A DNA stretch of 32,000 nucleotides from Trichodesmium erythraeum IMS101 (GTDB lineage Bacteria > Cyanobacteriota > Cyanobacteriia > Cyanobacteriales > Microcoleaceae), in the NCBI RefSeq assembly GCF_000014265.1, contig NC_008312.1, forward strand, positions 7,110,001 through 7,142,000. The letters are read 5' to 3'. A program made the position numbers and the translations under genes. A model generated the notes under the pieces. It ran no database searches. It was given only the letters and a program-made list of their open reading frames with translations, and was not told the origin of the DNA. Position 1 is the stretch's first letter, and each line of letters starts with the position of its first letter. Shown here piece after piece: positions 27,998-32,000 of the stretch.

Positions 27998-30499
27998 CTA
28001 TACAAAATTGAACTGATTTGTATCTAAATCCATACCTTTTAGCCCTCTAACAATAGCAATTAGTTCATTATCACCGTTGTCATTGTTACTATAAATAGCT
28101 TTTCCAGTAGGTAATCCAGAAACATTGTTCTCAATAGTATAGTCAGAAATACTACCATATAGTTGAATCCGATCCCCTTGAGCACCATTAAAACCAAGAA
28201 TCATAGCGTAATCTTCTGTACCATTATCATCATAGTAAACCTGACCAACCTGAGCATGACCTAAGATAAATGAATCAGCACCAGAACCGCCATGCAAAAT
28301 ATCTATCTCACTATTGCCAGGTTGAGTAGCAGTTAAATCGACTCCTATAAGAGTATCTGCACCCTTTCCACCCTTAAGAATATCGTTACCAGTACCACCA
28401 GTGAGTACATCGTTACCAAGTTGCCCGTATAATTCGTCATTGCCTGCATCACCGTTCAGTGCGTCGGCATCCTTTCCTCCTTTAAGGGTATCATCATTAT
28501 CTCCACCATTGAGAGTATCAATACCATTACCACCATTGAGGGTATCATTACCATTGCCTCCGTTCAGTTCGTCGGCATCGTTTCCTCCTTTAAGGATATC
28601 ATCATTATCTCCACCATTGAGAGTATCAATACCATTACCACCTTCGAGGATATCATGACCACTACCTCCGTTAAGTTGATCGTTACCAGGTTGCCCGTAT
28701 AATTGGTCATTGCCTGCATCACCGTTCAGTTCGTCGGCATCGTTTCCTCCTTTAAGGATATCATCATTATCTCCACCATTGAGAGTATCAATACCATTAC
28801 CACCATTGAGGGTATCACTACCGCTACCTCCGTTAAGTTGATCGTTACCAGGTTGCCCGTATAATTGGTCATTGCCTGCATCACCGTTCAGTTGGTCGGC
28901 ATCTTTTCCTCCTTTAAGGGTATCATCATTATCTCCACCATTGAGAGTATCAATACCATTACCACCTTTGAGGGTATCATTACCACTACCTCCGTTAAGT
29001 TGATCGTTACCAGTGGAGCCCATCAGTGAGTCATTGTCCACTTCACCATTGAGAACATCGTCACCAGCTCCACCATTAATAGTGTCCTGGCCGTCGCCTC
29101 CAGACACAGTATCATCACCTGCTAAAGCTTTAATGTTGTTAGCAGTAGAATCTCCAGTGAGGTTATCGTCACCAGAAGTAGGAACATTTGGAGTAGGCTC
29201 TGGTGTAGGTGCGGGAGTAGGCTCTGGTGTAGGCGCGGGAGTAGGCTCTGGTGTAGGTGCGGGAGTAGGCTCTGGTGTAGGTGCGGGAGTAGGCTCTGGT
29301 GTAGGCGCGGGAGTAGGCTCTGGTGTAGGTGCGGGAGTAGGCTCTGGTGTAGGTGCGGGAGTAGGCTCTGGTGTAGGTGCGGGAGTAGGCTCTGGTGTAG
29401 GTGCGGGAGTAGGCTCTGGTGTAGGTGCGGGAGTAGGCTCTGGTGTAGGTGCGGGAGTAGGCTCTGGTGTAGGTGCGGGAGTAGGCTCTGGTGTAGGTGC
29501 GGGAGTAGGCTCTGGTGTAGGTGCGGGAGTAGGCTCTGGTGTAGGTGCGGGAGTAGGCTCTGGTGTAGGTGCGGGAGTAGGCTCTGGTGTAGGTGCGGGA
29601 GTAGGCTCTGGTGTAGGTGCGGGAGTAGGCTCTGGTGTAGGTGCGGGAGTAGGCTCTGGTGTAGGTGCGGGAGTAAGCTCTGGTAATTCGTCACTGACTA
29701 CATCTAGTTTGACGTTTTCGGAATTAACTTGAACTTGATAAGTTGCTGTATCGCCTGCCTGACCATTCTGATCTAGATCACCAGAGAAGGTGACATCGTA
29801 AGTTACATTTGGGTCTACATCTAAACTATAACCACCTGCATCTAGAGTAGTGGTAGTAAAAGTATTAGCACTATTAGTAGTATCAACTGCCGTAACTGTT
29901 ATCCCTTTTATTCCTTCACCGACTGTATAGAAATCGTCATTATTAACAGCATCAGTATAGGCCACACCTGTAATAAATGGGCCACGATCCCCAGAAAAAG
30001 CAAATTTTTGGGTAGTCATGACTGCGTTGTAATTTTCGAATTGTCCCTGTAGCGAAGAGATTCCGACTTCCTTAAAGTTACCACTCATCAGGTTTCTCCG
30101 ATGACCCGGACTGACGAATAGGTTTTTGTGGTTACCCTCCACAAAAGTGGTTAAGTCTGGCGTACCTGTTGTTCCCCTGTAAGCGATATTTTCCCCAGTA
30201 GACCAGGGAGGTGCGAGGACATACCCCGCAGCCTGCATACGTTGGGTGGGGCTGCTACCACCTTCTCCTGTGTGACTAAATACGTTATTATTTAGCATCC
30301 ATTGACTATGATCTTGAGCAGCACTATGGAGTTCGAAATTAAATACTAGAGGTTGTTTGGCATCGGTGGAAATTGTATTTGAAGGAAGTCCTTGATTTAG
30401 GTCTCCATTTAGATATAAATCAGCTTCTCCTTGAGGATTTGCTCGACCTCTGTTTACCAATTCGAGCATATATTGGTCTTGAGCAGTGGGTTGTGTCAT
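27998..30499 (-). CDS. Secreted-type multidomain protein: N-terminal CAP/SCP (PR-1-like) domain, (PAPTPEPT)n linker, RTX calcium-binding nonapeptide repeats
   Basis: 833 aa. CAP-like motifs: [46 protein letters not shown]. About 20 PAPTPEPT repeats. Dozens of GGxGxDxL nonapeptides organised in 54-aa super-repeats. There is no N-terminal signal peptide, which fits type I secretion. Confidence 0.9.
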   Translation of the reverse strand: MTQPTAQDQYMLELVNRGRANPQGEADLYLNGDLNQGLPSNTISTDAKQPLVFNFELHSAAQDHSQWMLNNNVFSHTGEGGSSPTQRMQAAGYVLAPPWSTGENIAYRGTTGTPDLTTFVEGNHKNLFVSPGHRRNLMSGNFKEVGISSLQGQFENYNAVMTTQKFAFSGDRGPFITGVAYTDAVNNDDFYTVGEGIKGITVTAVDTTNSANTFTTTTLDAGGYSLDVDPNVTYDVTFSGDLDQNGQAGDTATYQVQVNSENVKLDVVSDELPELTPAPTPEPTPAPTPEPTPAPTPEPTPAPTPEPTPAPTPEPTPAPTPEPTPAPTPEPTPAPTPEPTPAPTPEPTPAPTPEPTPAPTPEPTPAPTPEPTPAPTPEPTPAPTPEPTPAPTPEPTPAPTPEPTPAPTPEPTPAPTPEPTPAPTPEPTPAPTPEPTPNVPTSGDDNLTGDSTANNIKALAGDDTVSGGDGQDTINGGAGDDVLNGEVDNDSLMGSTGNDQLNGGSGNDTLKGGNGIDTLNGGDNDDTLKGGKDADQLNGDAGNDQLYGQPGNDQLNGGSGSDTLNGGNGIDTLNGGDNDDILKGGNDADELNGDAGNDQLYGQPGNDQLNGGSGHDILEGGNGIDTLNGGDNDDILKGGNDADELNGGNGNDTLNGGNGIDTLNGGDNDDTLKGGKDADALNGDAGNDELYGQLGNDVLTGGTGNDILKGGKGADTLIGVDLTATQPGNSEIDILHGGSGADSFILGHAQVGQVYYDDNGTEDYAMILGFNGAQGDRIQLYGSISDYTIENNVSGLPTGKAIYSNNDNGDNELIAIVRGLKGMDLDTNQFNFV
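28453..29010 (-). repeat. RTX nonapeptide region with 162-bp (54-aa) super-repeats
   Basis: CGTTCAGTTCGTCGGCATCG... recurs at 28561 and 28723, with a close variant (CGTTCAGTTGGTCGGC) at 28885, giving a 162-bp spacing. A shorter 108-bp step precedes it, from 28453. Confidence 0.85.
29190..29690 (-). repeat. 24-bp perfect tandem repeat x20 (+ partial) encoding PAPTPEPT
   Basis: GGAGTAGGCTCTGGTGTAGGTGCG is repeated from 29190. Only two copies differ (GGC for GGT, synonymous). The unit has 15 of 24 G+C in an otherwise AT-rich window. Confidence 0.97.
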
Positions 30500-30909
30500 G
30501 GTTTGTATTTAAATATAAACGATTGTAATTGACAAAGCAGGAATTATTTTCCAATAGACTCGCAGAACTAAATCACATATATAGTAGGGGCTTTTTGGCG
30601 TTTGCCCTCTACAGATAGGTTATTATTTATAAGTTTGAGTAGACCCCGATTAATTTAATGTTAGCATTTGAATCAACAAAAAGTCAATGAAAAATTACTT
30701 AATTTCAGCTAAATATTCGGAAAATGCCAAAATAGCCGTACCCTAGTCCCTTATTATCTTGGGCTAATTGGAAAATGCTAAAAGAGGCGATCGCTAATCC
30801 CTCATCACCTTGCACTCCACTCACCGATGATAAGGGAGAAGGAGGCGATCGCTAGTTCTTCTCTTCTGTACAGAAGCAAATTTATGAGAGTTTGGGTGGT
30901 ACAAAAGAA

Positions 30910-31001
30910 CAGGACTTACGCAAATTCACCTTAAAAACACCAAATGTAGGGGCTTTCTGGCATTCGCCTTCACTAGATATAGTGCCCGTGCGTAAGTCCT
31001 G
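30910..31001. repeat. 92-bp palindromic-end element, copy A (CAGGACTTACGCA...TGCGTAAGTCCTG)
   Basis: 13-bp perfect terminal inverted repeat. About 90 percent identical to copy B at 31602-31693. Confidence 0.85.
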
Positions 31002-31477
31002 AGGAATATGATTACGAGGTTTAGAAAAAGTTCGTAGACTGGCAGAAGATGGCATAAAGGGGGGAGTGGTTCTCCGGTGTTAACTTGTAATGATAAGCTT
31101 GTATGGGGAACCTGCCCAGTTTATTTCAGTTTGTATTTCGGTTTGGAACCGCGCGGATAGATGTTGGGCGATCCTTCTTCTTTCGTACGTGGGCTTGTAG
31201 CTACTAACATATAGTTATAGTAGTTGTCAATGAAGAAATTTGGGTTATGTTTTTTCCGGAAGTTTCCTTAACTCTACAGAAAAGAATTTTAAAACTAGTT
31301 TGAGTTTGAAGACCTCAAAAATTATCGTGACAACCAAAACCTTGTACAGACATTCCATGGAACCTACCTACTGTACCCGACTAAAATGAAAAACGCTGTA
31401 ATTATCGGGATATTTTTCAGGTTCAAGCCCTACTACAGACTAGATTTTTTTGTAGGGGGTTTGGAAACTAAACGCAA

Positions 31478-31742
31478 ACATTCAGCTATCAGCAGTCAGC
31501 TCGAACACTTTACCTAGGTCATGCTGGGAAAAAAACACATAAAAGTAACAAAATACTTGCATAAAGCTGATCATCTTTTTTGTGTCCGACCTTTAATTAT
31601 TCAGGACTTACGCAAATTCACCTTAAAAACACCAAATGTAGGGGCTTTCTGGCATTCCCCCTCACTGGGTGTAGTGCTCGTACGTAAGTCCTGTTATTAT
31701 TGGAGGCATTTCACCTCCTTCTAGCTAATAGCTGAATGCTTA
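31478..31742. mobile_element. Second member (inverted orientation) of the heptamer-ended MITE family, carrying a nested 92-bp element
   Basis: The reverse complement of the right end, TAAGCATTCAGCTATTAGCTAGAAGGAGGTGAAATGCCTCC, parallels 5522-5581. The left end AGCTGACTGCTGATAGCTGAATG (reverse complement) parallels 5666-5692. Shared internal blocks: GATCAGCT and ATGACCTA(A/G)G. Confidence 0.55.
31602..31693. repeat. 92-bp palindromic-end element, copy B, nested inside the MITE at 31478-31742
   Basis: CAGGACTTACGCAAATTCACCTTAAAAACACCAAATGTAGGGGCTTTCTGGCATTC...TACGTAAGTCCTG. One mismatch in the terminal repeat. Confidence 0.85.
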
Positions 31743-31760
31743 CAACTAAACCCCTAAAAT

Positions 31761-32000
31761 TTAATCTACTAATTCGATAGCCCGCTTAGTCAAAGTTTCA
31801 GCAGTAATACCATTAAAAGCCATCACCTCACCAGCACTAGAAGCAGTCTCCCCTCGACGCCAAGCAAAGGTATCCCGCTTAACCTGACTCCGTAACATAA
31901 TTGGTTCTAACATCAAACTGGCGCCACCAGTCACAGCAATTAAAGCATCACCACCGAATAATTCCTCAAAACCAGCATCATCCAAAAAACCGCCATCAGC
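31761..32000 (-). CDS. C-terminal part of an unidentified protein (frame open to the right window edge)
   Basis: Minus-strand frame reads ...ADGGFLDDAGFEELFGGDALIAVTGGASLMLEPIMLRSQVKRDTFAWRRGETASSAGEVMAFNGITAETLTKRAIELVD*. The composition is coding-like and less AT-rich. I do not recognise the family. Confidence 0.55.
   Translation of the reverse strand, partial: ADGGFLDDAGFEELFGGDALIAVTGGASLMLEPIMLRSQVKRDTFAWRRGETASSAGEVMAFNGITAETLTKRAIELVD

Noticed and set aside
28401-29732. Plus-strand ORFs (85 and 239 aa, GVGSGVGA repeats) and the minus-strand alternative frame 29122..29694 (LLPHLHQS repeats)
   Set aside because: These are frame and strand shadows of the 24-bp and RTX repeats. Only the 833-aa frame has flanking non-repetitive domains (CAP domain, RTX C-terminus).
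31021-31210. Relatively GC-rich stretch considered as a riboswitch (e.g. cobalamin) or gene remnant
   Set aside because: I could not match any riboswitch core by eye, and there is no downstream gene in the right orientation. The short frame ...LEKVRRLAEDGIKGGVVLRC* has no start codon and no family I recognise.
31521-31724. 67-aa plus-strand ORF
   Set aside because: It lies entirely within the nested MITE and 92-bp element.

Overview
AT-rich cyanobacterial chromosomal DNA. The HIP1 octamer GCGATCGC occurs at least 14 times, where under 1 is expected by chance. The repeat style resembles a filamentous marine Oscillatoriales genome such as Trichodesmium, but that is inference only. By my coordinates only about half of the 32 kb is intact coding sequence. 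The intact genes are mostly unlinked housekeeping genes: rimM, purN, secA, rsfS, a CSP41-like epimerase, a GNAT acetyltransferase, a dihaem cytochrome c, an MBL hydrolase, an asparaginase-II family protein, a DUF1230-like membrane protein and a TPR protein. There are also two large repeat proteins: a WD40 protein running off the left edge and a CAP-domain/PT-linker/RTX protein. The rest is pseudogenes (LD-carboxypeptidase, XRE regulator, three IS fragments), several small MITE or hairpin repeat families, and tandem arrays with unit sizes of 14, 24, 88, 103, 123, 162 and 229 bp. One RNA gene is clear: an initiator tRNA-Met split by a 312-nt ORF-less group I (IC3-like) intron. I found no CRISPR array, reverse transcriptase, or multi-gene defence or biosynthetic operon, so I cannot point to a complete new multi-gene system. 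The four most interesting objects are: (1) a 14-copy 103-bp intergenic array with hairpin covariation, a candidate tandem sRNA array; (2) WD40 cassettes that are near-identical except at six surface codons; (3) the intron-containing tRNA-fMet next to an IS graveyard; (4) genes damaged or re-headed by long-unit tandem duplications. All product calls rest on motif recognition by eye; no database search was run.
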